Shown: positions 1-12,619 of the stretch, piece after piece
Position numbering within the stretch: position 1 is the first letter of the stretch
Layout of the letters: each line of letters starts with the position of its first letter
Source of the DNA: the human T2T-CHM13v2.0 reference genome, Homo sapiens
Length of the DNA stretch: 64,000 nt
Strand: one strand, 5' to 3'
NCBI RefSeq assembly: GCF_009914755.1
Contig: NC_060930.1
The notes under the pieces: model-generated
What the model was told of the DNA's origin: nothing
Database searches by the model: none
The model's input: only the letters and a program-made list of their open reading frames with translations
Program-made: the position numbers and the translations under genes

Positions 1-305
1 CGCTGGTGAATTGACTAGTCTTAATAATTGTAGTGGGCTCTGGAATATAGGTATTGTCTTAAGATGTCTAGTACCTGGCCCTGGAGTGATTGGAGCAGGA
101 TAATAGCAGTCCAGAGTTTACAAGCCTAATTGAGAAGGTAGAGTGGGCAGGCTCTGGATTGGTTAGTTTGGTGTGAAAGATACACTTTCAGATGGGTTGT
201 GTTTAGTATCTCCAGGAATTGGCTAGCCCTAGGAGGGATAGTTTTCCAGGGTCAGTAAAGTCCAGATGTCAAAGTATCAGAAAGTAAAAAGAGAGAAGTA
301 ATACA
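1..305. mobile_element. Old ERVL-type LTR fragment (MER77/MER68/MER21-like), cut by window start
   Basis: Ends in ...ccagatgtcaaagtatcagaa...taataca, resembling the terminus of MER68/MER77-type LTRs; recognised from memory only. Confidence 0.4.
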
Positions 306-414
306 GATATACAGATGGCAAACAAACACATTAACTCATACTCAACTTTATTTGTCAACCGAGAAATGCAAGTTACAATCACCATAAAACATGATTACAC
401 ACTTATCAGAATGG

Positions 415-475
<61 letters not shown>

Positions 476-1240
476 TTACAACACCAAATCCTGACAAGGA
501 TGTGAAACAACTGGACTACTTATGTATTTATGGTGAGAAGGTAAAATAATATAACCACTCTGTAAAACAATTTGGCTGTATCTTAAAACTAAGCTAAACA
601 TGCAACTAGCATATGACTCAGAGATTGCATTCCTGGGCATTTATCCCAGAGAATTGAAAAGTTATGTTAACATAAAAACCTATACATCAATGTTCACAGC
701 ATCCTTACTTGTGATAGCTCCACACTGAAAACAACCCAGATATCCTTGAACAGGTGAGTAGGGAAACAAACTAGTATATATCAATGCAATGGAATACTAC
801 TTGCAATAAAAATGAAGAAATTATTGATTTAAAACACAATTTAGACCAATCTTCAGAGAATTATGCTGAGTGAAAAAAATTGAAGGATGTACTTTGATAA
901 GCTCTATTTAGAAAACATTCTCAAAATGACAAGACTATAGAAATGAAAAAGGGATTAACGGTTGCCAGTTACAGAGGAAGTAGAAGTGAGAAAGAAGTGG
1001 GTGTGGCTATAACAGCACAAGATGAGGGATCCTTCTGATGATGGAAGTTGTCACTATCTTGCCTATATTAATGCCAACATTCTGTTCACAGCGTTTTATA
1101 GTTTTAAAGATGTTGACATCTGGGGAACCTGGGTAAAGGTAAATGGAATCTCTTTGTTATTTCTTACAGCTTCATGTGAATCTCCAGAAAAACACAAAAT
1201 AATAATAAAAAATAACTTTCAGTTTAATTTTTTAAAATGC
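306..1240 (+). mobile_element. Ancient LINE-1 3' end (L1MD-like): ORF2 C-terminal remnant plus 3' UTR
   Basis: Degenerate ORF2 end (gagaaatgcaagttacaatcacca; ctgggcatttatcccagagaa) and L1MD-type UTR (gagggatccttctgatgatggaa...ggggaacctgggtaaagg...ttcttacagcttcatgtgaatct). Confidence 0.75.
418..465. repeat. (AT)n microsatellite
   Basis: Over 20 AT units seen directly. Confidence 0.95.
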
Positions 1241-1313
1241 AGAATCTGTGAATCTACAGATAATACAAAATAATAATATAAAATAACTTTTAGTTTAATT
1301 TTTTTTAATGCAG
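1175..1313 (+). repeat. Imperfect tandem duplication, period about 72 bp
   Basis: tgtgaatct..aaaataataa..aaataacttt..agtttaattttt..aatgcag at 1175-1242 and again at 1247-1313. Confidence 0.85.
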
Positions 1314-1532
1314 TTACACTCTTTTTTACTTGGTGTAGAATAAACTATTTTTAAGTCTCAAGTAAAACATCAGTTCCTCTTTGAAGCTTTCTTTGATTAA
1401 TCATCAATAAAATTCACTGTGTTTCCTTCCTCACTCAAGATTAACTTCTTGTAGTTGATTATGACCATGTATGCTTCAGACCTAAAGACATAGGAAGAAA
1501 TGGAATCCCAGAGTGTATAACTAGAGGGAGGG

Positions 1533-1615
1533 ATATATATGTGTGTTTGTGTGTGTGTGCGCGTGTGTGTGTGTATATATATAATATATATATTATATAT
1601 ATAATTTTATATATA
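1533..1615. repeat. Compound (TG)n/(TA)n microsatellite
   Basis: Seen directly. Confidence 0.85.
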
Positions 1616-4225
1616 AATTTTTTTGGGTAGTTGCTAGACCTTGAGTACTGCTGTGACACCCTCATCAGCCAATGAAACAAAAGGTGTTGAGAACACTTCT
1701 ATGGCTTCTTCTGTGCTGCAGGGAACCTTCACACAGTAGCTCTCATCACTTAACAGAAGATTTGACTACATGAGCAATTGGCAAGGACAGAAAATTATGA
1801 CTTACACAGTGTCTTTCTCTAACTTTGTTGAGATAGGTAGGTGATTGAAAATGTAGTAAGACAATCATGTTATTATGTGCATTCAGAGATAATCTTTTTA
1901 AAAAATATTTCTTCAAATGATAAAATGTATTTTATATGATTTATCATAATAAGAAAAGAAGATAATATCCATTCCAGGGATGTTTTGAGATTTTTATTTT
2001 AATTTTTAGATTTATAAGTGAATTAGTTATTTTTTTCTATTAACATACGAAAATGCCTCTGGTAGGTCTTCTATTTAACACTTCCATGAGTAAGTTTTAG
2101 AAGAAACAAGTAGAGACCATTTCCTCAGGCCAGTAATAATTTAGTCAATAAACTCTGAACATTTTATTTTGGGTTTTATCTACCATAAACACAAGTGGTA
2201 TGGTAGAGTCCCAATAAAAGACTTTAATGAAGCAAACGAAAAAATTATCATGTAAAATTTTTAGAGAAGTTGACATTATGCCACTGGCAATTATAAAATT
2301 GGTGAAATAATAGGGACTTTCATTAATCATCTATTAACTGGCTATATTTTCACATAAATTATGAGGATAATTCTCAGAAACAGGTGCTAGAGTATTTTCT
2401 TCTACCAACATCTGGGGATGTATGTTTTTTAAAGTCCTCAGAAATCTTTTCCAGAATTATTTCCAGCTTGATAAGCAATTTTATTTATAATTTTCAAATT
2501 ATTTCTTTCCTTTGTTAATTAAGACGCATAATTTTCTCATTTTTTTCCTATATGGATTTGGATGATATTTTATGAATATATTTCTTGTATTAGTTCCCCC
2601 CCGAAACTGAAAGTCCTAACATTTTTAATTTTTTTCTGACTATTCTAACCCAAATAAATGGTATCTTTTTTAATCTCCTCTCCTACTTTAGTAATGCTTT
2701 ATATTTTTCTCATGTGATTAAAACTGGAGAACAAATAAAGGCTGGCATCATAGGTACTTTCTTTACCACTCTCTAAAATCAGCCTAAAGACTGTGCTGAA
2801 TATTGTACCTGAATATTGTAAGAGTAGCTGGCTTTGAACTTGTTCTTAGCTTCTGTCTGGAAAAAACTCATCCTTTGGCAGCTAATATTACAACAGGGAA
2901 TAGTCAGGGGACTGTAATGAAACAATCACATACTGAGCACAGACTGTAAATGAAGCAGGTATCCAACCTCTTTCAACCCACAGGGGCTATTATTTAGATT
3001 GATCATATCCCCAAGGGCGTTGCACATTTAACATTGACATCTGATCGAAATGGAAGATAAGGGTAGTGTCCCTAGGGCCAATATCTCAGAGAGCAGTTTA
3101 CTTGAGAAGTTAGATCTAGAGGGGTTTCTTTCTTCATCTGAGTCTTTAACATTGTAATATGTTCAGAGAATTGGTGAGGTTGGTCTTTGCTTTGAGCCTG
3201 TTATTGTGTTTTTATCATTTAAAGTGCTCCAGTAAAAAGAGCACAACAGCACCCCTGAGAAACAGCTAACATCGTCCATTGCCAGGAAAAGGTAATGTGG
3301 AAGCACTTGGAGCTTTTGTTCTTTAATGTGTAATTATCAAATTGAAAAGGGAAAAATCTCCCTTAAAAACTTAACAGCTTTCCTAAAGGCTTTGTCCTGA
3401 TTTGGAGCCAAATTAAATCTTACTATAGAAAGGCTTATCGAAAGAAGTATTCCAATACAGTCATGCATACACACTAACAGTAATCAGTGAGTTCCAGGTA
3501 ATTTCATATTTTTTTTTATTTAATTGATGCAAGAAGGAAATCTGCCTAAATAAACATGGCGGTGGACTTGCTGGCCACTAGCCAAGTTAAAAGCTTTTAG
3601 TGTTATTCAGAAAATTCCTATGAAATACAAATGAAAGCTAAATCTCATAATTTGAATGGATTTGGTATTAGGTAGTTGCATAAAAGAATGGATACGAAAC
3701 TCAATTGAAAATATCTAGAATTTGATATGTTTATTAAACAAGTCAAATTTTTATCAACGTCCTTGTTCATTCTGTTTATTTTCCTAAACTATTCAAAATA
3801 TTGGAGAAAACTGGGAAAGAAAAAGTCACCAACAGTGTTTACAAACGTAACATCTATTTTTCCTACTTCTCAGTTTTTCATATCTGAATGAATAGGTTCA
3901 TGAATTTTCAGTTGTATTTCTTTTCTACTCTGGGAGTAGAATGCTTCCAGAATTCATGCAGGTAGTAGTCTCCACAAAATCTCCTTCTCTTGCTCCTAGG
4001 CATGGTTAGGAGCTGTCCATTTAGTGTTGAGAGGATCTCTCTGGACTCACATCCGTAAAACCTCTGTCCTCATTCCTAATAATGATTAATTTTCCTTTAA
4101 TGTGGTAACACTGTTATTTAAAGACACAAAAAATATTTTAAAATATAAGACATCTTTTCTTTCTTTCCTCCCTACACCTCTCCTGGTTAAGTCATCATCA
4201 TCTTTCTCCTTTTGCCTACTACAAC

Positions 4226-4826
4226 TGAGGCAGGCAGTTAGAGAGGGTGTGGGGCATGATTACTTGCTGGTGGATAAGAGCATACAAATGAGGTCAAACA
4301 AATGAGCACAATGCCTCCAGTCAGAAACGTATGTTCCAGAAAGGGTCTAGGGCAGATATCTGTGGTCACTTGTAGTTGGCAACTTCCTTGTCAAAGGAGG
4401 AAAGGCTGATGGAGGGAAAGTCCTAAAAGCTAAGCATCCACAGTAGAAAAGAACCATGTCCTTATGGTGAACTTTGGTCATTATAATAGTAAAAACATAC
4501 CTGTGGGTGGAGAGTTAACATACTAATGAGACATGTGATGTATATACTAGCATGTGCAGTGACTGTACATGTGGCGCCAGAAGACCACCCACAACATGCT
4601 TAACAACAACGCTCATTCTGGTGCCTTCAGGAAAAATCAAGTAAAAAAAAAGGAGTTTCCCCAGTACCAAATAGTGCTACCCATTCTCTAGCAGCCTGCT
4701 CTGACCCAGCTATCAGAGTGTACTTTCACTTTGTAGTAAGCTTCTTTGCCTACTCTCACTTTGGACTCACTCTGAAATTCCTTTTGTGAGGCGAAGTCAA
4801 GAACCTGAACCGGCCCACTGACAACA
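4226..4826 (+). mobile_element. 5' LTR (MER61/LTR20-like)
   Basis: tgaggcaggcagttag...ctgacaaca, colinear with 11073-11671; contains MER61-type block cattataatagtaaaaacatacc..gggtggaga..tactaatgagaca. Confidence 0.9.
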
Positions 4827-4831
4827 TACCT

Positions 4832-4878
4832 TGGTAACCACAGAAGGTAGGACTGGTAGACTGAATCACCAGGTAAGA
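4832..4878 (+). promoter_or_regulatory. Degenerate tRNA-Arg-like primer binding site and candidate major splice donor
   Basis: tggtaaccacagaaggtaggac starts 5 nt after the LTR and resembles the Arg PBS tggcgaccacgaagggac; CAG|gtaaga at 4872/4873. Confidence 0.6.
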
Positions 4879-6290
4879 AAAACTTCACCACTTTAAGGCT
4901 AGAGATTCTATTTTTCATCACTGAGTTTTTTCCTTTCCTCTTTTTCTTTCACTTGCTTGTAAATCTCCAGAACAATTCCCCTCAGCCTCTATGAATTTGC
5001 TCCCTCTGGCTGATTTCTCAGTTCATCCTGACAGGTGACAGGCAGAGGTGGGAAGACTTCAAAGTCCACACCGAGTAGATCTAGGCCACCATGGCCCTTC
5101 CTGATGGGAGGCTTGTGAGGGTGGCAGGGTTTAAGTCCAGGCTGTGCAATGTCTGGAGATCTTTACTTTTTCTTACTAATAACAGCTGTTCAAACATATG
5201 ATTTCAGTCTCTTGTCAACCAGAGCGCCACTAGTGTTCTCTATATTGTGTCCCCACCTTCCCTTTGTACACTTTTTTCTTCATTTTAAGCATCCATATCA
5301 CCTTCGTAAAGCCCACTGTTGTGCTGTGCTCTCCCGCATTCTGCCCCCCACTCGAGCTGTGTCCCTCTGTGGAAACTTGTCTTGCTTCTTGGTCCATTGC
5401 CTTGACTGCCCATGCACCAACGCATGGGGATTTAATTTCTCTGTAAATTTAGACATACGGCACTCAACGGTGGGCACTGAGTGCAGACTCTTTACACGAT
5501 CTCACTATTATTTCAGTTTTAGATAGAATAGTACCCTAGATTCAGGACATCATTTTCCATGTCCCTCACCCTTTAACCCTATTGTCTTTCAAAGATCTTT
5601 TGATGCCTCAATCATGTTTTGACTTTATTGGTCTGCTTGTATTCAGAGACTTTTGTCCATTCTTCCCTTTTGTCTCTGACCCATACGGCTGATATACATT
5701 GTCCCTTTTCTGCTGTATACGTCAAGAGTCAAGATTCCTCTGCTTTCAGCTGGGGCTAATGCAGTTTTTGTCCATGCATACAGGGAGCCTTTAATTGCTG
5801 GATAAAACATCTTTTCTTCCAGACTCCCTTTATGGGACCTATGAAGCCTGTGGGTAGGACTATTTACACCTTCTAGGAAACATAAAAACAGGAGTCAATT
5901 CAGTTGGAAACCAACATTCCTGTCATCATAAAATCTAGCCTACTACTTGTCCTACATGACCCCAAAAGCCTTTTCATTTCCAAAGTCCCAAGGGCTGCAG
6001 ACACTTAGGCAATGAGTGCTCCCTCCAAGAGGGATCTGCTCAGGGTGGGCCCCAGGGATGCCTGAGTGCTGGGCAGTAAGTCTAAGAGGACAGTGACACA
6101 TGATATCCCTGGCTTGACCGCAAGACTGGACTCCTATTTTCCCATCAGTGCACCTTTCTAGTTTCTTTCTCTCTCTTTTTTGGGTCAGGTGAAGGACAAA
6201 TCTAATCTATGTGGGAGACTCTTAATGCCAGAACCTGTAGGTTGATAAAAAGACAGTGATTTCTCCATCAGCATATCCTTAAAAGGTCAA

Positions 6291-7841
6291 ATGAGAAATC
6301 AATTCTTAGTCCCTACAGTGTCCTCACTTGAGCACATTCTGCACAATTGGGCATACTTCAAACTCGATGACTAAAAAGAAAGAAGTTCATCTTTTATTGT
6401 AACACTGTTTAGTCAAAACCTCCATTAGAATCTCAGGAGGTCTGGGCAACCAGTGAGGCACTAAAATATAATCCATCCTGCAAGTGGATTCACTTTGTAA
6501 AAGGGAAGGGAAATTGTCTGAAATTCTCTATGTACAAGCCTTGATGGCTCAGTACCAAGACAAACCCCTTAGAGATCAGTGCAGGATGTGTCATGCTGAC
6601 TTGACTCAAAGGGGTTTGAAGGAGCTGGACATAATGAATGACCCCATGTTAGGTAACTTTCTTCCTTCAAGTTCCCCATCTTTAAGCCCAGAACCAACAC
6701 CACTTATCCCTGTTTTGACTTTTTCAGGGGATTCTAATACTTTCAGTCCTCAAACCCCTGCTTTGCCTTTACCTTCTCCTTATCAACCTATTTATGGTTT
6801 TTTACCAGAGGACTCAAGTCTCACAGGGACTTTCCAACTCAATCCAAGTTGTTTCTCCTTAGGGAAGTGGTGAATAGGGAAACCAGAACTATGTGATTTC
6901 ATGTCCCTTTTTCTATGTCAGTCTTAGGTCAGTGCAAACAAAGGCTAGGACAGCTCTCAAAGGGGCCCCACTAAGTATATAGAAATATTCCAAGCTCTAT
7001 CTCTGCCATTTGAACTTACATGGGAGGGAGGACATGCATGTGATTCTATTCACCAGTTGCACACACGAGGAAAAGCAAAGAATCTGGGCCAAGGCACAAG
7101 CCCATGCTGACAGGAAACATGCATTAGATGTCACTCACCGTGTAGGGGCATTGCAGTCCCCAACCAGGACCCTAACAGGAACTACCAAGAGGGTAGCAGA
7201 GACTTGCATAGGAGAAACAGGATCATAAAATATCTTTTAGAAGAAATGAGGAAGTAGGCTACCCAACCAGATAACTACAATAAACAAAGAAATAATTCAG
7301 GGAAAGGATGAGAATCCCACATTGTTTCAGAAACACCTTGTAGAGGCAGTAAAGAAATACACCAATGTGGACTCTATCTCTGAGGCAGGGCAGTCCTCTT
7401 AGGGACACACTTCATTAGTCAGTCTGCCACAGACATTAGGAGGAAAATACAAAAAATAGCCATGGGTCCCCAGACCCCAAAGAATGAATTAGTAAATGTA
7501 GCATTTGACATCTTCAACAATCATAACAGAGTGGAAGAGGCTCAGTGGGATCAATGTGAAGAGGAAAGAGACAAGCAGGAGGCACAGTTGTTTGCCTTAG
7601 CCATGACAGGCAACCCGCCAACATGAGGCTGCCCTGGGCAAGGCCACTTTAATGAGGCCAAAGAGACCATTACTATATATGCAGGAAGCCAGGACACTCA
7701 AGCAAGAATTGTCCCCGTCAAGGTATCCCACCTGGACCTTGTCCTCAGTGCAAAAGAAAAGGCAACTGGAAGAGGAACTGTTCTTAACTCCAAAGTGAGA
7801 AAGGTGCACCCAATGCTATACTGACCATAAGTGAGGACTGG
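6291..7841 (+). pseudogene. gag: ERV1 gag remnant (frameshifted)
   Basis: MA-like LEHILHNW..KKFIFYCNT; MHR IIQGKDENPTLFQKHLVEAVKKYT (~7292-7362); two degenerate zinc knuckles YYICRKPGHSSKNC (7671-7712) and CPQCKRKGNWKRNC (7740-7781). ORFs 6484..6873 and 7010..7228 are pieces of it. Confidence 0.9.
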
Positions 7842-7899
7842 AGGAGGCTAAAGCTCCTGACAGCTCCCCATTCCAAAAGATTCTTATTACTAATGAAGT

Positions 7900-9715
7900 T
7901 TAGATGTGGCAGGCAACATATTGATTTTTTTTTTAGTTTTGAAAATTTCTTTTTTAAAAATTTTAATAATTTTGGGGGTACAGGTGGTTTATGGTTACAA
8001 GGATGAGCTTTTTAGTGGTGATTTCTGAAATTTTAGTGCACCTGTCACCCGAGCAGTGTACACTGTACCACATATGTAGTCTTTATCCTTTGCCCTCCCT
8101 CGGAACCTTCCCCACTCTGAGTCCTGACATTCTATTATATCATTCTTATGCCTTTGCATCCCCATTGCTTAGCTCCTACTTATAAATGAGAATATGTGAT
8201 ATTTGGTTTTCCACTCCTAAGTTACTTCACTCAGAATAATGGCCTCCAGCTCCATCCAAGTTGCTTCAAAAGATGTTATTTTGTTCCTCTTTATGACTGA
8301 ATAATATTCCATGGTATATATATCACATTTTCTTTATCCACTCATTGGTTGATGGGCACTCAGATACGTTCCATATCTTTGCAATTGTAAATTGTGCTGT
8401 TATAAACATGCATGTAAATGTGTCTTTTTTAATACAATGATTTCTTTTCTTTTGGGTAGATACCCAGGAATGGAATTGCTGGATCAAATGGCAGTTCTAC
8501 TTTTAGTTCTGTAAGGAATCTCCATATTGTTTTTCACAGTGTTTGTGCTAATATGCATTTCCACCAGCAGTGTGAAAGTGTTCCCTTTTGACCACATCCA
8601 TGCCAGCATCTATTGTTTTTTGACTTTTTAATTATGTCCATGCTTACAAGAGTAAGGTGATATCTCATTGTGTTTTTAATTTCCATTTTCCTGATGATTA
8701 GTGATGTTGAGGATTTTTTCATGTTTGTTGGCCATTTGTATCTCTTCTTTTGAGAAATGTCTATTCATGTTTTGTCCACTTTTTGATGGAATTATTTGTT
8801 TTTTTCTTGCTGATTCATTTGAGTTCCTCGTAGATTCTGGATAGTACTCCTTAGTCAGATGCACAGTTTGTGAATATTTCCTCCTGTTATGTGGGTTGTC
8901 TGTTTGCTGATTATTTCTTTGGCTGTGCAGAAGCTTTTTAGTTTAATTAGGTACCATTTATTTATTTAGTTTTTGTTGCATTTGCTTTTGGAGTCTTAGT
9001 CATAAATTCTTGACCTAATCCAATGTCCAGAAGAGTTTTTTCTGGTGCTATCATCTAGAATTGTTTATGATTTCAGGTCTTAGGTTTAAGTCTTTGATCT
9101 ATCTTGTGTTGCTTTTAGTATAAGCAACTCTCTTTTGGCATTCAGAGATGGGGATGCAGTTTCATTCTTCTTCATGTGGCTTGACAGTTTTCCTAGCATC
9201 ATTTATTGAATAGGGTGTCCTTTCCCCATTTTTTGTTTTTGTATGCTTTGTTGAAGATCAGTTTGTTGTATGTATTTGGCTTTATTTATGGGTTATCTAT
9301 TCTGTTCAATTGGTGTACAGGCCTATTTCTATACCAGTACCATGCTGTTTTGGTAACTATAGCCTTGTGGCATAATTTGAAGTCGAGTAATGTGATGCCT
9401 CCAGATATGTTCTAATTGCTTAGTATTGCTATGGCTCTATGGGCTCTTTTTTAGTTCCATATGAATTTTAGGATTGTTTTTTTCTAGTTCTGTCAAGAAT
9501 TGTGATTTCTTGTTAGACATGGGAGCCTGTCTTTTTGTTTTGACCTGCCACTCAGGACCTCTATCCTCTAGTTTCCTCGTTGTCACTGTAGTTAGCGGCA
9601 AACCCCAAAGAAGACCATTTATTTTTCCTATAACTAGTAGACTGACACTACCTGATAATTACAAATTTCTAGTCATGCCAGAATGATTCACTCCTTTACT
9701 GGGGCAAGACTTCTT
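7900..9715 (+). pseudogene. pro: ERV protease remnant split by an L1 insertion
   Basis: LDVAG (ttagatgtggcaggc) before the L1; DFLLDMGA (catalytic DTG with ACG>ATG decay) and FLVMPE..PLLGQD after it (9503-9715). Confidence 0.85.
7931..9502 (-). mobile_element. 5'-truncated L1PB1-like LINE-1 nested in ERV pro
   Basis: T-rich tail, L1PB-type 3' UTR (ttttagtgcacctgtcacccgagcagtgtacactgtacc), antisense ORF2 C-terminus (ORF 8534..8722); candidate TSD tgatttttt (7922-7930) / tgatttctt (9503-9511). Confidence 0.88.
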
Positions 9716-9719
9716 TTCT

Positions 9720-10000
9720 ACCCCAGGAACCAGGGCCTTCCTGAGCCTGACTCTGAGGGAGAAGTCATCCCCAGGGTCAGACCAGGAGACATGATTTACA
9801 TGAAAACATGAAAAAAAGGTCACCAGATGACCAACTTCTAACAAAATAGGAAGATCCATACCAAGTGTTTCTGAGTACTTCAAACATAAACTACCAGGAA
9901 TTGCCAGCTGAGTACATTTCTCTAGAATAAAATCTGTTTCACCTTAACCTCCACAGGATTCTCTATCAACAACTGAAGATCTGGAATACTCCTGGGAGCT
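9720..10000 (+). pseudogene. pol: ERV integrase C-terminal (GPY/F) domain remnant
   Basis: PGD (9782), K*EDPYQVFLST (~9845-9880), GIAS*VHFSRIK (~9897-9932) match the gammaretroviral IN C-terminal pattern. Confidence 0.75.
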
Positions 10001-10006
10001 ACGCTT

Positions 10007-10449
<443 letters not shown>

Positions 10450-10639
10450 TCATCTTTTACTTTTACTGATGTGAGTTTGTCCCACCTGTGGGAAGCAATA
10501 ACTGTGCCCTTACTGGGTATAATTCTCAAAAGTAAACACAGAACCCAAGACTAAAGAGATTGCTATTACCTCAACATAAGGTAGCCCCATCTTAGTTCTC
10601 TTTATAGGAGCCCTCTTTGTTTTTCTACAGCTTTCTTCT

Positions 10640-10900
10640 TTTATCTCTACTAAATATAATTATGTTCAGACTTTTAATAGTTATCTTATTACTGCTAATT
10701 TTTGGTCCTTGCTTGCTTAACTTCCTGTAAAACTTGTTTTTTCTAGATTACAATAATTCCATCTAATATTACTGTTTATATTAATAATATTATAATTAAT
10801 ATATTATATTATACTAATTATTAATAATATATCAAATATAATGATTACTGTTAATTCATTAACAGTAATATTGTTACAGGGATACCAGCCAGTTCCTCAT
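10640..10900 (+). pseudogene. env: env TM/cytoplasmic-tail remnant
   Basis: ILLLLIFGPCLLNF..SRLQ.FHL..LLQGYQPVP; most of env is absent. Confidence 0.75.
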
Positions 10901-11061
10901 CCACATGTGGAGAAAAGACCTTTAGGAACTTTAGATCAGGCAGGGAGAGAATTTTGGGCCCAGGCTAGGCAGAAACTACAGGCCCTCTAAGCTTCTGGAA
11001 GTCACAGAAGAAATGACCTAGCCCCTCAATGACCTATATGATTATGGGCCCTAAATTCTCT

Positions 11062-11671
11062 GAGGGGGAAAATGAGTCAGGCAGTTAGTGAAGGAATAAG
11101 ACATGATCACTTGCAGGTGGCTAACAGCAATACAAACAGGGTCAAATAGGTTAATACAAGGACCCCAGTCAAAAACAGATGTTCCAGAAAGGGGCTAGGG
11201 CAATGTCTGTGGTCACCTATGGTTGGCAGCTTCCTTGTTCAAAGAGGAATGACTGTTAAAGAAAGTCCGAAAGACCAAGCATGCATAGTAGCAGAGAACC
11301 ATATCCTTATGGTGAACTTTGCTCATAATAATAGTAAAAATATACCCTTGGATGGAGATTTAAAATACTAATGAGACAAGTCATGTACGTACTACCATTT
11401 ACAGTGATGCTGCATGCGGACCCAATAGACCACCCACACAATGCTTAACAACATTCCTGCCCCTTTGTGAATAATCATGTAAGACTCTCATAAAAGAAGT
11501 TTCCCCAGTGCTAGTCAGCACTGTCTCATTCTCCAGCAACCAGCCCTGACCTAGCTGTCAAAAGTATACTTCTACTTTGCAATAAACTTTTTTGCCTACT
11601 CTTACTTTGGACTTGCTCTCAAATTCTTTTGTGCAGTGAAGTCGAGAACCTGAACCAGCCTACCAGCAACA
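11062..11671 (+). mobile_element. Polypurine tract (11062-11072) and 3' LTR (11073-11671)
   Basis: gagggggaaaa followed by tgagtcaggcagttag...ccagcaaca; AATAAA at 11581. Confidence 0.9.
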
Positions 11672-12619
11672 AAACCACATTCATTATTACCCCAAGTGTG
11701 GCATGATACCTACTTCACCCATTCTCCCTGACTAATATGCTTAAATCTACTTTTCTAAAACACAATGTGGTATATGTTTCTTTACTTTTTAAAAGGTTAT
11801 CTGGTTTTTTTATTGTCTCTACAGCAAAGATCAAGCTCCTCAACTTAATATAGAACTTTCAAAGACTGGTTCTCATATATCTGTTTTTATTTACTAAACT
11901 GTCTTCCTCTTTCACAATGTATGTTTACAAGAATCATGCCCAGAAACAATGGTCTCCAGGCTGTCCTGTCTAAATCATACTTCTGTCCTTTAGTGCAAAT
12001 TGCTTATTTTGTTAGACTATCTTTTTCTCTCCTTCTTGTCTAGTGATTTATTACATTAAAAAATCTGTTCAAATAGTAGCTCCTTTGAAGCAAATTTGCT
12101 TTCTGCAGACAACTAATTTTTCTCTGTGCCTTCATAAACACTCCATATATTATTCCCATATATTTACTTATTCAGAGACATTACAGTTGCCTTTAAACTT
12201 CATTTTTTTTCTGTGAAACTTTGAAGTCTTCATGAGTAGGAGTGGTTCCCTATTCTTCTTGTAATATCTAACACATAACATGTAATATGTGGTGGATTCT
12301 CAGAGTAGTGTGTGGTAGATTTTCTGCTCTTGTATATGCTGATGGGCACAACCTTAAAGCATTTTAAAACACATGACACCAGATCTTTTATAGTAAGGAG
12401 AATAGAAAGCCATTGGTATCTCAATGATGTCAATGTAGGCTTTGAAAGAGAGTGAGAAGAGGTAGTATATTACAGCCACCCAAAATAGTACGTATTTTTC
12501 TTAGTTAAGAGTTTGTTTTTATGTAGGAGCATTCATAAAGGAGTAGGAAATGACTTGAAGAGTACACTGAAAGAAAGTTAGGTTAAAAATATGAAATCCC
12601 TTATTCTTCTCTGTGTGAT

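Noticed and set aside
7836-7845. gag-pol junction reads GAC TGG rather than GAC-stop
   Set aside because: A single substitution in a provirus with many frameshifts; no functional read-through implied.
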